A stretch of 64,000 bases of DNA from Felis catus. Lineage: Eukaryota. This document shows positions 1 through 12,985 of the stretch, in pieces. Numbering within the stretch: position 1 is the stretch's first letter; each line of letters begins with the position of its first letter. Below the pieces are notes generated by a model that saw nothing but the letters and a program-made list of their open reading frames with translations, had not been told where the DNA came from and ran no database searches. Where the stretch lies: the NCBI RefSeq assembly GCF_018350175.1, contig NC_058368.1, forward strand, positions 226,984,001-227,048,000, written 5' to 3'. The position numbers and the translations under genes are program-made.

Positions 1-544
1 TCCCTCAGCCAGCAGTGGCTTGGCCCACTTCCCACTGGTGAAGCAGAGTCTGCCTCTCCCTCATTCCCTAAGATGTGGGCCACAGGCAGAAACCAGTCAT
101 GGCTCCCTCACCTTCCTCCCCCTGGCTTTAAAGCAGGAAATTGGTCCCAGTCCCCCCACACTCCCACCTCAATAGCGCATGTTTATTTTCCACTAACACA
201 CGCAAGAGGACACACAGGCACCTCTGCCCACTTCCTCACTTGGAGTCAACAGCCCCATCACGTTTTAGCTCCATGAATGTGGCGGTGTCATCCGAGTTCA
301 GCTCAGCTTCGGTTCTGGGGATGGACAACTTGATTTTTGACTGTGGCTATGACTTTGATGTTGTTTCCTTTTTCAATGTGTAACTCTCGTTGATACACAC
401 ACAAATGTATAAAGAGTCACTTTTGTGTGAAGAAGAAGAGCGAGCCTCAAGGTATACACACATCTACTGTGCCACTTTGACTAACGTGCTCACGACACAA
501 TTTTTAAAATGCCACTTAGGTCATTGTCTGTTTTCCATCAGAGC

Positions 545-1190
545 TGGTTTGATTACTATCTTTCAGTCACTAAGAAACAGAAACACAGTCTCCTAAAGTA
601 ACGAGAGTTCATTTGTACTACACATCAGATGCAGTTAAGCACAGAGCCGGCAAGGAGGCCTAAATGTGCCCATGAAACCAAAGCAAGATGGCGTCCCCAC
701 TGGGGCACCATCACCCAACCCCTTTCTTCTCAGCCGTGCCCTTTCTCTGTTAGCTCCAGTCGTGCCCACCGTCCTCTCCATTGGCTGCTCTTCTTTATGG
801 TCTCCGCCCATTCACAGCTTCTACCCCCACGCTGCTTTCTGCTTATATCCTACTTTCTCTGCATCTCTGGAACTCTGTTTCATTCCACTATCTATTCCGG
901 TCTTTCTCATCTTACTTTCAAACTTCTCAGAAGAGATACCGTTGGCTTGTTAACGTGACCACCAACAGAAGCAGAATGGCCCTGCTAGGTCGAGCTCTCC
1001 TGAAGAGCCACATTCTCAACCACTCACCTTTCTCATGCCCAGACATGATCCTGGTCCCATTAGTAGTTGCCAGATCTACAGGGTTTTATGACCTGAAGCA
1101 TGAAAATCTAGGTACAAAGCAGTTTCTTTACTCAGAAGGGATGTGGGGATGTGGCAGGCGCTTGGAACAGAAAAGCCTACGTGGTGCAAA
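545..1190 (-). mobile_element. Old MaLR LTR (MLT1J/K-like), degenerate
   Basis: Begins ...ctttcagtcactaagaaacagaaacacag..., resembling an MLT1 LTR terminus; highly diverged, boundaries approximate. Confidence 0.4.
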
Positions 1191-1791
1191 GCTGGTCTGA
1201 GTCCCCCATGTCCCCAGTCCAAGGCATCTACAATTATGTTCGTGGTAATTGATGGTTCTTTGCAAATGTCATTATAGGATTCCTTTTATCTATTAGCAAA
1301 TCCCAATTTTGCGGGTAGTATTGTTTCTTGTGAAATTATACCCTTGGGAAATGTGCGTTTCACAGGACTGCAAAATACACATAAGCACTCCTCAAAATCA
1401 TGAATGTTGACTCCAGAATGAGAGGCACAACTGGCAGAACGATGAAAAAAAAACTAAGATGAAAAATTATTCCTGCATATTTCTTCGAGTACTCTTTGAG
1501 CATTTATGTCCTAAGGCAAATCTCATTTTCTTTACACTAGTTTAAGTTATCATTTAATTTTCTTATCCGAGGACCCTTTCTTAGGGGGGTTAAATTTAAC
1601 AGATAACATGCATCTAGTCATCCATTTGTACTTTTAATGAGCCACTCCACCACAAGCAAACAGTTGCCCCAGATAGCATTTAGAAACCTTGTGCCAGCAA
1701 ATGAACAAATGGTCACAGTTGGGGACCTATTTTTCCCATCCTTAATAAAAACCTGAAGACCATTCATAAGGCATTTAAATTCTACTTTCTC

Positions 1792-2036
1792 GGGGCGCCT
1801 GGGTGGTGCAGTTGGTTAAGCGTCCGACTTCAGCCAGGTCATGATCTCACGGTCCGTGAGTTCGAGCCCTGCATCAGGCTCTGGGCTGATGGCTCGGAGC
1901 CTGGAGCCTGTTTCCGATTCTGTGTCTCCCTCTCTCTCTGCCCCTCCCCCGTTCATGCTCTGTCTCTCTCTGTCCCAAAAATAAACAAACGTTGAAAAAA
2001 AAAAATTTAAAAAAAATAAATAAATAAATAAATAAA
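1792..2036 (+). mobile_element. Can-SINE, young SINEC_Fc type, full length
   Basis: GGGGCGCCTGGGTGG head, B-box GTTCGAGCC, (CT)n, A-rich/(TAAA)n tail; perfect 16-bp TSD taaattctactttctc (1776-1791 / 2037-2052). Confidence 0.97.
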
Positions 2037-2339
2037 TAAATTCTACTTTCTCATTAAACATACGATGTGTGCAAAAAGTCATCATAATGTTGGTTGCTCT
2101 GCTAGAAACTCCCTCAATTTCCAATATTATTTTTTCTAATTCCATTCCCTCTGTGGTGAGATGGTGATAGAAGCAGTTCCCATCTGTTCTCTCTAACGAG
2201 ATGAGGCAGTCTTTAGTCCATATTCCATATCTGGCCTTTGGCTCAAACTCATGTTTGTAAAAGCCACGTGAAACAAGCCCCAAGAGATCTACATGGTGCC
2301 TGAAAGTGCTTAGAAGGACTGACCATGCCGCACAGGGCA

Positions 2340-3630
2340 AGGAGAATTCCTGGTAATATGGTAGGCTGAGTACTGGACTAAGTTTTCCCATGAAAAATAA
2401 CTTTGAATGCTGGTGAAACTAACAGTCACACACAAAACAAATATTGATGAGCCGCAAGATAGTGAGAAAGTCTGAGGCCAAAATCTAAGTGAAAGCTGGA
2501 AGCTGTAACAGCAGGGCTGTGCTTTAGCCCCTCTGGCCTGAGGGCATTTGCCAAAGTAGGAACTTGAGAGGTTATTTTTAAGTTCTCATTCAGGCATGTG
2601 GCCTAGAGACAAAGTGGGTGGTCTAATAACAAACCTTCCCCTCATAAAGTTGGGACCCCAACGGGTTCCACTTTTGGTTTAAGGATTAACTCGAAGAAAA
2701 TTTATCACCTCCCCCACTGAAGGCTGCAGGGAAAGTTGCTTTGTTGCTTTGGCAATAAGCAAAGCAGAGGAAAAGAAAAGAAAAAACAAGAAAAGAAAAG
2801 AAATGGTAATGACAAGCTGACTTTTGCAGATTTTCAGCCCAAACTCACAAAAGCAAATTCAAGCAGTTGTATTTAGTTTAAAGACTGTCCAGATTGGGAT
2901 GGCTCCCAGGGACCTGGCAAAGCCTATCTGGAAGAACTTGCTTTCATTCTAGACCTTTAAAAAGTTCCCATAATTAATTCTTGAAGAATAAGGAACCATG
3001 AACAATAACCAACAGTTCATAGTAAAAATTAAAACCAAGTTTGAAAATATCTGCAAAGTAAAGGAAACTAAAGAGAACTACGATGTGTACTTGTGAGAAA
3101 GCAAATAAAGCTTTTAGATAGACATGGAAAATATAATTGGAAATCAAAAATCAATAGACAGGTTTAATAGCATATTAGATATAGCTGAGGAGACATGGAG
3201 ATTAGCACGAGTGTATGTGGAAAAATTTCAGCCATTATCATGTGAAATATTGCCTGTGCTCCATTCTCTCTTCTTTCCTGGAACTCTTACTATTTGGTTT
3301 TTATAACTGAAAAATATTCACTAACATCCAAATATTCAGAGTTCCCAAAGGAGAGGACAGAGGATGGAACACAGGCAGTATCTGAAGTTCTCCAGACATT
3401 GTGAAAGATCAAAGTGTATTTTCAGGAATCTACATGAATCCCCAGCAAGATAAATAAAAATAAATTGACACCTAGATACAATAGCATGCAACTAAAAACC
3501 ACAAAAGACAAAGTATACTCTTAACAGAGGCGCAAAGCCGAAGTTTGAGCATAAGAACATCATTTAGATTGACGGATGGCTTCTGAACAGTAACGATGGA
3601 AGCTAGAGTGAAGTATATAATCAAGTTTGA
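2340..3630 (+). mobile_element. Ancient L1M 5'/ORF1 remnant
   Basis: ORF1-like stretches aaatcaatagacaggtttaatagcatattagatatagctgagga (SIDRFNSILDIAEE) and ccccagcaagataaataaaaataaattgacacctagatac; A-rich sense strand. Confidence 0.7.
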
Positions 3631-5660
3631 GCTATTTATTGCTGAGTCACCTCAAAACCTACTGGCTTGAAATAACAATGATCATTGTACTCAAGAATCT
3701 GTGATTTGGGCAAAGCATGGTGGAAATGTCTCATCTGTGTCCCATGAAGCATCAGACAACGAGTCTCAACTTGGGACTGAAGGATCTCCCCGCAGTATGG
3801 GTCACTCACATGGCAGGTGAGTTCTTGTAATGTGGGGGTCCCCACAGGCTGCTTGGTATTCCTTATAGTATGGTGTTTGGGTTCCAAAAGCTAGCATTGC
3901 AAGAGAACAAAGGAGAGGTATATGGCATTTTTTTACGGCCTGTTCTGAAAAGTCCGATCACATGACTTCCATCATACTCTATTGGTTAAGCAAATCACAA
4001 ACACGTGCAGATTGAAGGAAAAGGGACAGACTTCACTTCCAACAGAAGAGTGACAAGTTTTCGTAAGCGTGTGTAGGATGAGAGATACTTGTCCAGCCAT
4101 CTTTAGAACAGGCAACTTGTCACAACCTTCATTTGGCACAACAATTCACATCCCACATACAAAGTATATTCATGCCCTCCCTCCAAGACCTCAAGCTTAT
4201 CCCACGTCATAAGGCTTAGACTTGAGGTTCAGAATATGGTCTCTTAAATCACATCTGGGTGTGCATAAGGCTGCTCAAGTGTAGTTCTTCAGGTGCAGTC
4301 CTTTAAGAATCATTCTGTTCACTCCTAAAAAATATGCCCTCAAGGGAAAAGATATCTCACCACACACATGCCCAGCATAGGCATGGGATAATGAGACAGG
4401 CAGAGGATAACCACTTTAGATATTACTGTTCAAAAATGATAAGACACAAGGTACGTAGCTGTCACTGATCCACGGTAATTCTGAAATCCAGCTCGGCACA
4501 CGTCGCCACTTGCTTGATTAGTACTAAATCCTATTCCTTGGGGTTATCTTCCAAAGTTCTTAGCTCCTCCTCCTGAGTCATCTTTCTTTTTCTACTGAAA
4601 GTAGCACATGTTTGAAGCTGGGTGGTTTTCCCAGCCCAATTAATGGAAGTTTTGTGGTTTAAAACCCTCTTTTTATTTTGCTGTATGTCTGAGTTTCTGT
4701 AATCCACTCTGGACGTATTTATTTCAGAAAATTCTCTTTAAAACATTGTGGGTTTTCTATCAACCTTATTGGGGTTTCCTCTGCCCCAAGACAAAAGCCA
4801 CAACCACACAATTCTTCAGAGTAAGCCTTCTCTACATCTCTTTCAGGAAGTTGGTGGACAATGCCCTTAAGATTCTCAAAAGCCCTGTTGTTTAATGGAG
4901 CAAATCTGTAAGAGAGTCATTCCCTTAAGATCCTTGGAGGCCCTAAGAATCACAGAAAGATTCTAAAAGGTATGGAGCTGGATTTTTATGATGTCTGTTA
5001 AAGAAACCTTATAATTCCACTTTGGGTTTACCCTTAGCCTAAGGTTCATTCTTGTATTGAAATTTGTTTGAGGTCTGGAGAAGGTGAGAAAGTCTCGGCT
5101 CCGTTATATTTAACATTTCAGATCTTCAGCTCACGTCTCTATTCTTGCATTTTGTCAAAGACACTAAGAGGGAGAAGTTTCAGTATTGTGCCTGGAGATC
5201 TTCTCTAAATATTTGAGCTTATTAGGTATATTTACTGTTTCCCATAGTGCTTCAGATGACAGGATTGCAAAACTTTCCACCACTCACTGATTATCAAGGA
5301 TTTACTTTTCTCCAACTTTCACTAACATTTTCCTTTAGGTCGTTTAGGCTCTCATTAACATTCTTCTTAGAGCCTCTCCAGCTTCTACTTTCTACTCAGT
5401 CTCAAAACCAACGTCAAATGTTGTCAGTTTTTGTATGGAAATATTCCACTCCGGGTGCTAAATCTTTTTCAGTTTTCTATTGTTGTAGAACCACCCTCAA
5501 GACTTAGTAGCTTAAAACAACAATTATCTTTTATTTTACTCCTGAATCTGCTCTTTGGTTATGGCTTGACAGAAATGATTTGTCTCGGTTCCACATGGAA
5601 CCAGCTAGACAGGCTCCACTGGAGGACGTAGGATCCGCTTTCAAGATAGCTAGATCAAAG
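3630..5660 (-). mobile_element. MaLR (MLT1) provirus remnant: LTR (~3630-4124), internal region (~4125-5464), partial second LTR (~5465-5660)
   Basis: Two similar LTR segments (cctcaaaacctactggcttgaaataacaa / cctcaagacttagtagcttaaaacaacaa); LTR ends ...ttgtcaca; on the minus strand the internal region starts gatttagcacccggagtgg, like the MaLR-int start. Confidence 0.75.
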
Positions 5661-5699
5661 AGCTGACTGGCTCACCTTTAAAGTCGCAGCCACTGCATC

Positions 5700-6160
5700 A
5701 TTCTTCAAGCTCAGCTGCCAAAACCAAGGCACGTGATAATTGTTGGATTAAGTATCAGAGAAATTTATTCTCTTACACATCACAATCCACTTTGGCAGAG
5801 TGTCGCTGCCTCATATGGTCATTCAGACATACCTTCCATCATACTGTTCTGACACCCACTGGGGTATTCTTGCTGTCTGTGTGGACAAACAAAGCTTGGA
5901 AGGTTCTATGTCAACAGTTCAGCCAGAAAACAGGGAAAAGAACATGAAAGAGTCCAGGGACGATGCTTCAGGCTCAGACTTGGCAGCTGCACGTAGTTCT
6001 TCTTGTGGTTTGTTTCTAGGAACTTACTAAAATAGCCACATGAAACTACAAAGGAAGCATGAATGTAAAACTGGCTGGGTAGCCAAGTACCCAGGTAAAA
6101 CTGTGACTGTGGAGGAAACTGAGAAAGGGTTTTGGTTGACAATTTTCAGTCATTGCCGCA
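5700..6160 (-). mobile_element. Old MLT1 LTR (J/K/L-like)
   Basis: Contains gaaatttattctcttacac, aggctcagacttggcagctgcac and a ...cattgccgca end, typical of old MLT1 LTRs. Confidence 0.55.
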
Positions 6161-6654
6161 ATCATTGACCTTGAATGAAGTCCTTGAAGGGGTCCTCAGT
6201 GCTGCCCCATAATCCTGCTCCACATCATTAGCCCATTCTCTGTCCCACCCTTTTGGATCATTTGTGATACCTTCATTCTCTCAACATGAATGACCACTTC
6301 TTCCCTCATCATCACCCTTGAGAGTGAGCTTGCTTCCCACTTGCTGAGAAATTTGAAGTAATCAAAGGGACTTCCTGAGGCTTCCACCATATCCGCCTTT
6401 GGTCACTAGCAGGGATCCTGTATGAATGCTCTGTGGTCCCAACTAGTAAAGACTATTCCGCTTGTCCACCAGACCCCATGCCTTATCACCTACTCAAGGA
6501 TATCAGTCCAACAGTCTTCTCTTCCCTCTCCCCCACATCATCAACTTTTCCCTCTTCTGGATTGTCACCGTGCGTACTGATTTTCTCCCAGAATATCAAC
6601 CCTCTCCTGACACCCACTTTCCTCTTCCAACTACCACCGAATTTCTGTTCTTCC

Positions 6655-6760
6655 TTTTCTTTTTTTTATTATTATTTCTTTATTATTAAAGTCTAGTTGA
6701 CATACAAAGCTATATTCGTTTCCGGTATACAACCTAGTGTTTTAACAGTTCCATACATTT
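6655..6760 (-). mobile_element. Short 5'-truncated L1 3' end (L1MA/carnivore type)
   Basis: T-rich tail followed by aagtctagttgacatacaaagctatattcgtttccggtatacaacctagtg, an antisense L1 3' terminus. Confidence 0.7.
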
Positions 6761-7744
6761 TATAGCAAAAAAAAAAAAAAAAAAGTTAATTGCACTTACC
6801 ACCGCCGATTTCTCTCTTGCCATTCTCACTTGAATCAAGTCTGGTCTGGCTGTCGTCTACACTCCACAAAACCTCTCTTCTCAGGATCATTGAGCAATTC
6901 CATGCTACCAAATTCTGCAGTTGTTCTCACAACTCGTCTTCTGTGACCATCAATATTCTATGATCTATGCTAACCCTTCACTCCCCCAAACACTTCCTTC
7001 ACTAGATTTCTAGGCCTTTACACTCACCTGATTCTCCTGACCTCTTGGACCACACGTCAGTCTCCTTTCCTGGTTCTTCCCTTTCACCTGACATGTAAAT
7101 ATTTCAATGTCCCAGAGTTCCGGCTTTCATCTTTCTCATTTCTCTCTGTTCACAATCTCTTTCAACCTCCTGGAAGTACATATACCCTTTATGCAAAATC
7201 TTTCAAATTTATATCTGTAGCCTACACCTCTTTATTGAATCTCAGATTCACTTATCTACCTGCTTGCCGTAACTCTACTTAATACCGACAAGTATCTCGA
7301 TCTACACCTGTTCCAACCAATCCTCTAATGTGTACTCTAAATCTGCTCTTTTCCTGGTCTCCACCATCTCAGAAAATGACACCAGCATTCTCCCACTTGT
7401 TCTGGCCAAAATGTGTTGATTTATCATTGATTACTCTACCAAGAATACTGCTGAAGCTACCTTCAAAATCAACAATGGATCTGTTCACTTTTCGCGGTCT
7501 CCTTTGCTACCACTCGAGTTCAAGCCACCGTGGTTTCTTGACTGGATTATTGTAGCATCCTTGGACTTCTTGTTTTGACTCTTGACCCGCTACAATTTCT
7601 TCTCAACACTGCAGCCAGGATGTCCCTATTGAGATGAGAGCCAAATTAATACCATACCCTCGCTCAAAACCTGCCCATGGCTTCGTATCCCTGAATATAT
7701 TTGCATGGCTTTTCTCCATCCCTTTCTTTAGATGTGAGACACAT

Positions 7745-8032
7745 ATGTCAGTTTAAACTTTCCAGTAGACACATTTAAAAACTAATAAGCAAGGTATTCA
7801 TTATCAATAGTAATATATTTTAATGTTAGTACCATATTCTAGTTAACCCCATATATCTTCATAATAAGCATTTCACCATGTTACCAATAAAGCAAATACT
7901 AATAAGATATTTTACACAATTTTATCAGTATATCTCCAAAACCCAATGCACTCACAGAATATCTCAATTTGTGGCCACATTTGAAGTGCTCAGTAGCCAC
8001 AGGCAGCTAGAAGCTACCATATTGGTTAGATC
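7745..8032. mobile_element. hAT-Charlie MITE (MER33-like)
   Basis: gccacatttgaagtgctcagtagccacaggcagctagaagctaccatattgg terminal motif of MER3/MER33. Confidence 0.75.
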
Positions 8033-8199
8033 TAAACTTCACTTATTTATCCTGCTTTTATCTTTCTCTCCTTCTAGAGTGAAAGCTGCCTAAGGACATA
8101 CATTCTTGCTTTGTCCACTAATGTATCCTCCCTGTGCTTTGTTGAATAAATGGATTAATAAGTATCTAGTGTGCTGGGAGAAAATGCTGAGTTGGCTAT

Positions 8200-8372
8200 T
8201 TTATTTCCCAAAATCTCCCAGAGAAAGTAAACTCTAGCCACCCACAGTGATAGCTTGCCTTTATTGGCCACCATCGCTTCCATGACCCATGTCCTTATTC
8301 CCTTCCCAAGTAAATTACTCACAATAGAACACTTATCTCGGCATCTGCTTTGGGGGAAACCCAAACCAATAT
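8200..8372 (+). mobile_element. ERVL LTR fragment (LTR33/LTR16-like 3' end)
   Basis: cccaagtaaattactcac...tctgctttgggggaaacccaaacc; similar to the reverse complement of 25252-25320. Confidence 0.6.
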
Positions 8373-9653
8373 ATTGGCTTCCACCTATCAGTTCATTCCT
8401 CCTGGATTCAGCTGGTTATGGGTCCTTCTTTCTCACATTTCCTCACACTGCTGGAGGAGGGCCACGACTCATTTGCAAAAGAGACAGGACACCAAGTTTA
8501 ACGCTCAACATGGCTCCTCATCCAGCTGAAATGTCCCCATTCTCCTTTTCCACCCACCACCAGATTCAAAGAAAGCAATTTGTTAGTTAGAAATTACCAA
8601 AATATTACCCAAGGCCCTTTAACATGCCTGGAAAAGTTAAAAGTGAGTTACACATCCCAGGAATTCCTGAGGAGTGACAAGGCTTCCTTTATGTTTTGCT
8701 TTGGTATTGACAACTAAGAGAAAATGCACACAAAACAGTCCTTCAATCATTCAGCCTAAGGCTAGCGAGGGCTGGATAGTGCCATTTCATCTTCAGTGAC
8801 AGAAACAAAAAGCCTTTTATTTAGGATTGCTTCTCCAAAATCAACATTTTTGAAATGGTGCCCATTCTCATAGCCTCCTTCTCTGAAGCATAAACATCGT
8901 AACCACCTCTTTGAATCTCAGGAGTTAGGCCACCGGGTCTGGGTACAAATACTGTGTTCCAGGATTAAATGCTAGATCAGATATCGGCTGTAATCCCAGG
9001 GGTCTTTTAGTACAGTATAGCTGTCTGAAAGGGAAACATTTTTCTCCAACAGAGCAAATCCTGTCGCTCTGAAATTCTGAGTTCTGGATCGGGTTTGTTT
9101 TGATAATGCATACCTCAGCTCCTCCAGAGAAAGTTCCTCTCAGTAGTGAAACGATGGCTTCAATTAGACTTGGCTGCACCAGTCAAAGCCTGCAATTGTG
9201 ATTCAACGGGCTGTCGATGTTTTATTCTGCCACCTTTGACATAAATTGTTTTCTGTCTGTGGCTCGGCTCCAGCTCTGTTCCATGGAAGCCACGCATGAG
9301 GGGAAAATGTGCCCCTTGCACAATAGAACCATTGATGCCTTCTGAATGGAATGGTGCCCGTGACCCTCTTAGTACCTACAGATCCCTCTCTTAAAGAAGA
9401 ACCCTTCATCTCACTTCCCCCCCCCCCCCCGCCAAAGTAAGTCCACACGTCATTGCACAGTCCCGGCGTCAGCCAGGTGACCCAGAAACTCTAAGAAAAC
9501 CCACCGCAAGTGGGCTTCTTACGATGGTGCCTGAAACATTAGAAATGCTCAGAAACGGAGAGGAAACTGAACTTTAAAATGGTAAGCAATGGGTATCACT
9601 CCCATGCTAGTCTTCCGGGAGCAGAAAAGCCATTATCTGGAGAAAGTATTTTA

Positions 9654-9881
9654 TTTTATTTTTTTTTTATTTTTTTGAACGTTTTATTTATTTTTGAGAC
9701 AGAGAGAGACAGAGCATGAACGGGGGAGGGGCAGAGAGAGAGGGAGACACAGAATCGGAAGCAGGCACCAGGCTCTCAGCCATCAGCCCAGAGCCGGACG
9801 CGGGGCTCGAACTCACGGACCGCGAGATCGTGACCTGAGCCGAAGTCGGACGTTTAACCGACTGAGCCACCCAGGTGCCCC
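9654..9881 (-). mobile_element. Can-SINE (SINEC_Fc-like), full length
   Basis: Antisense SINE with T-rich tail; TSD aaagtatttta. Confidence 0.96.
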
Positions 9882-9974
9882 AAAAGTATTTTAGAGACAA
9901 ATAGGTTTCATCTCTCAGGAATGATTCCTCGACTCATGTTCTCACTTCAGAAGCCATCTCCCTTGCCTCCCCCA

Positions 9975-10267
9975 AGCGTTTGCTCAAATATTCAAATGTT
10001 ATTCTCTCCGTGAGGTCTACACAGACCATTTGATAGGAAATTGCAAAATTAATTCTTCCCCCACCCCATGCTCTTTCTTTCGCTATGTATCTATCACCTT
10101 CTAATATTCTAGATCATTTACTTATTATGTTTATTGTCTATTATGTTGAGAGGAAGTTCCATGAAAGAAGGAACCCCCGTCAGTTCCGTTCAAGCACCTG
10201 GAATAGTGTCTGTCCACACTGGCACGCGTAGATGTCCTTAAATGGATGTGTGCGAGCAATAGTGAAT
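9975..10267 (+). mobile_element. L2 3' end
   Basis: aagttccatgaaagaagg...agcacctggaatagtgtctg...gtgaat L2 terminal motifs. Confidence 0.7.
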
Positions 10268-10344
10268 CGAAGAGCCGCAACGTGTCAGCCATTAACGGAG
10301 GGCCTAGGGAGACGAAGATAACGTCATAATAGATGAGTATGGAT

Positions 10345-10535
10345 CAGGGTTGCAAACTCAGGTACCATCAGAGGCCAGGGAGGTGCAATCCATGAGCGAC
10401 GTGGGCCCGGTATAAAACAAGGGAGGGTGGTGGGATCAGGAGGGCTTGGGAACACCCACCCCTCCTGAAGGCATCACATTCAATTTAGAAAAATTCTCTG
10501 CCAAGCAAAACACATCTGCAAATTGTATGAGCTTC
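10345..10535 (+). mobile_element. hAT-Charlie MER102-like element
   Basis: cagggttgcaaactca...ggccagggaggt...gggcccggtataaaacaagggag...caaaacacatctgc matches the MER102 pattern. Confidence 0.65.
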
Positions 10536-10809
10536 CACATTATGATCTCTATAATTCTATGTATTTTCCAGCATACCCGAATTTTCTTCCTCCTGCTTTT
10601 AATTCTTTCCAAACTTCCTATCTCAGAAAGTCAAAATACTATAAAGTCAGACTCAACTCTAATAAAATTGATGTTCCATTTTAAAGTGATCCCATCTCTG
10701 GTTCTAATTAAAAAGTTATGAATACGAGTTGAATAAAAGACTTAAAAATCTACTTCCTGTGTAAAAGGCACCTCCCAGTATCTGCACTATTGTCTATAGA
10801 GGTATAGGT

Positions 10810-10950
10810 GGAGACCCAGACTAGTCTAACTTATTTTTTATTTCTCTCTAAATTGCTGTGCGAGCTGGGATCTTTCATTTAACCTCTCTGGATCCCATTT
10901 TCCTCATCTGTAGAAGAAACGTTGCGTCCTTCTAATTTTAGGATTCTATC
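10810..10950 (+). mobile_element. MIR fragment
   Basis: Core catttaacctctctggatcccattttcctcatctgtag. Confidence 0.7.
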
Positions 10951-11050
10951 TAGATTTTACTTCCCCTCCTTGCCCCAAGAATCTCAAACCTGACATAGTT
11001 TAGTTGATGATGCTGAAGAATGCGGCCTAAGGCATTTTGTAGTAGGCCAT

Positions 11051-11150
11051 TGTATCATTCAGCTCTTGCTGGGTAAGAAACAACCACAAAACCTCAGAGC
11101 GATACGCTCAACTCTGCAGGTTGGCAAGGTGACTCTGCTTCGCGTGTCTC
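11051..11150 (-). mobile_element. MLT1 LTR terminal fragment
   Basis: tgtatcattcagctcttgctgggtaagaaacaaccacaaaacctcag. Confidence 0.5.
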
Positions 11151-11154
11151 ATGC

Positions 11155-11173
11155 TGGCCACCAGAGGGTGTGA
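11155..11173 (+). promoter_or_regulatory. Candidate CTCF motif (GGTGT in place of GGCGC)
   Basis: TGGCCACCAGAGGGTGTGA vs consensus TGGCCACCAGGGGGCGCTA. Confidence 0.35.
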
Positions 11174-11199
11174 CGGCGACACCGACATCAGATGGCAAG

Positions 11200-11580
11200 T
11201 TGTAAGCCTCCGTCCACATCACAATGAGACAGGCTGTCCCGTTGGCCTTGAAAAGTAAGCCGCCACGTAGCGATGACCTGAGATCGGTCCCCATCCAACG
11301 GCCAGCCAGAAAACCCGGGGCCTCAGCCCTACAACCACAAGGAGCTGAATTCTGCCAACAAGTCATGAACTTAGGAGAAAAACGTGTGGCTCGCGTTGAG
11401 AACGCAGTTCCGGCCAGCACCTGATTTCGGCCTGTTTGCACACTGAGCTGAGGTTCCAGTAAACCTTGACTCGGACTCCTGACACGTGGAAACTAAGATA
11501 AGAAGATAAGAAAAGGATGCTGTTTCAAGGCTGCTGAGTTTGTAATAATTCATCATTCAGCAATAAGGGACGTTAATACA
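11200..11580 (+). mobile_element. MLT1 (D/E-like) LTR, 3' part
   Basis: cctcagccctacaaccacaaggagctgaattctgccaacaa and ...gctgctgagtttgtaataatt...taataca end. Confidence 0.8.
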
Positions 11581-11999
11581 CAAGGATATTATGAACTCAC
11601 GGTAATATTTTAGGCTTACTGAAAGTAAACAATTAGTCATTGATTCAAATTTGGTTCGGATTGGCATCAAAGTCAAAATCGCTTCAAAAATTCGTCAGTG
11701 ATTAGTATCTTCAAGCACCTTGACACGAGAGGAAACAGTAGTTCGTAAGTCACATCCCCAACTCCTGCCTTCACTGGCCCTCCGATCAGCTGTGACTCTT
11801 TCCCCTGGCTACTCTCCTTCCTCCTCTCCAGCAGCCCCCCCCTGCCCCACACCCCCCTCCCAAACATGCAGTCTCACCACGTCCCCTTCAGTTTTCGATG
11901 ACGTCACCGCCTAATTTCAGCCGCATGGAACAATAAATTCCATTTGGGTTTATGCCACTTTGATTTAGGGTTTCTGTTTCTTGGAATAAATCTCTTCCA

Positions 12000-12470
12000 G
12001 CACTCATCCTTTCTCTCCTTATTTCCCTTCACGGCCAATGTCTTCAAAACTTTGCTCCATTTTCCTACCCCTTCTTAGCTCGCTGCGATCCGAAGCCCGC
12101 CCCATCACTCCAATGGCTCTGCTGTTGTCAAATCCCCTGAAGACCTTTGTTCTTCACGCAACAGTCACTGCTCAAAGTTTGTTTTCCCTGGTGTTTCAGA
12201 AGCTGTTAGCATTGGTGACCACCCTCTTTTCTGGAAATAGGCTCCAGAGGCTTCTATTTTTTTCCTTATTTGTCTCCTTTAACAATGTGAACATTTTGGA
12301 TTTCTCCATTTCTACTCTTCCCTGAAGGGATGACACTCTGGGGTTATGGCTGGGGTCAGACACTTGAAAGTTATGCCCGACGTAATCCTCTTCCTCAACC
12401 CTTGACTCTAATCCTTTATCAAGTTCTACAAAGTCCGCTTCCAAAAGATCTCCCGAATTTGCCTGTAGAC
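12000..12470 (+). mobile_element. L2 fragment
   Basis: ccatcactccaatggctctgctgttgtcaa...gcattggtgaccaccctcttttt L2 ORF2 motifs. Confidence 0.55.
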
Positions 12471-12985
12471 CAATAATTCATAACCTGGGGTCTGCAGATC
12501 TGTAGAATTCGGGAATTCTGTGCATTCGAATGTGAAAAAAAAAACAGATCTTTATTTCCACCAACTTTTGACTGGAATCTAACATTTCCTGCAGTATCAT
12601 GGCAGGCAAAAAGCCATAGAGGTATTGAAGAATTTGTGACATCGTTAACCCCCCCCAAAATCACACCATCTTAGTTCACATTACAGACGTTACAGATACC
12701 TCAAAATATCATCTGTGCTTATCACTACGTTCAGATACAAATGTTCCTAAACCCTCTGCTTGATCTTGCCTTCGAATGCATTAGTAAAGAAGCACATAAT
12801 ATTCTTCTATGAGATATTTGTCATTCTTGTGCTTTTGGCAACGGTGTCTCAAAAAAGTTGGAATTTTGTAATCAACGTATTGTCTCTTATACCCTCAAAA
12901 ATATTCTGAGAAGTGGTCCGTAGGCTTCATTCAGACTGTCAAGGAGGCCCACGGAACAAAAAATGTTAAATATTCCTACTCTATT
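12470..12985. mobile_element. hAT-Charlie-like DNA transposon remnant
   Basis: Termini ttcataacctggggtctg and ttctgagaagtggtccgtaggcttca...aaaatgttaaatattcct. Confidence 0.5.

Larger units (their letters stand above)
6290..8160 (+). mobile_element. L2 LINE remnant (ORF2 region to 3' end), interrupted by an L1 fragment and a MER33-like element
   Basis: Pyrimidine-rich L2 motifs (cttgcttcccacttgctgagaaa, ttctcaacactgcagccagga, ctcaaaacctgcccatggctt) and a tgttgaataaatgga 3' end. Confidence 0.8.

Noticed and set aside
1792..1870. tRNA-like A/B boxes
   Set aside because: They are the tRNA-derived heads of Can-SINEs, not tRNA genes
1816..2391. 191-aa ORF, and the many ORFs resembling MAQSVERPTSAQV... 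or ...RERQSMNGGGAE...
   Set aside because: These are translations of Can-SINE sequence that recur at nearly every SINE copy; not genes
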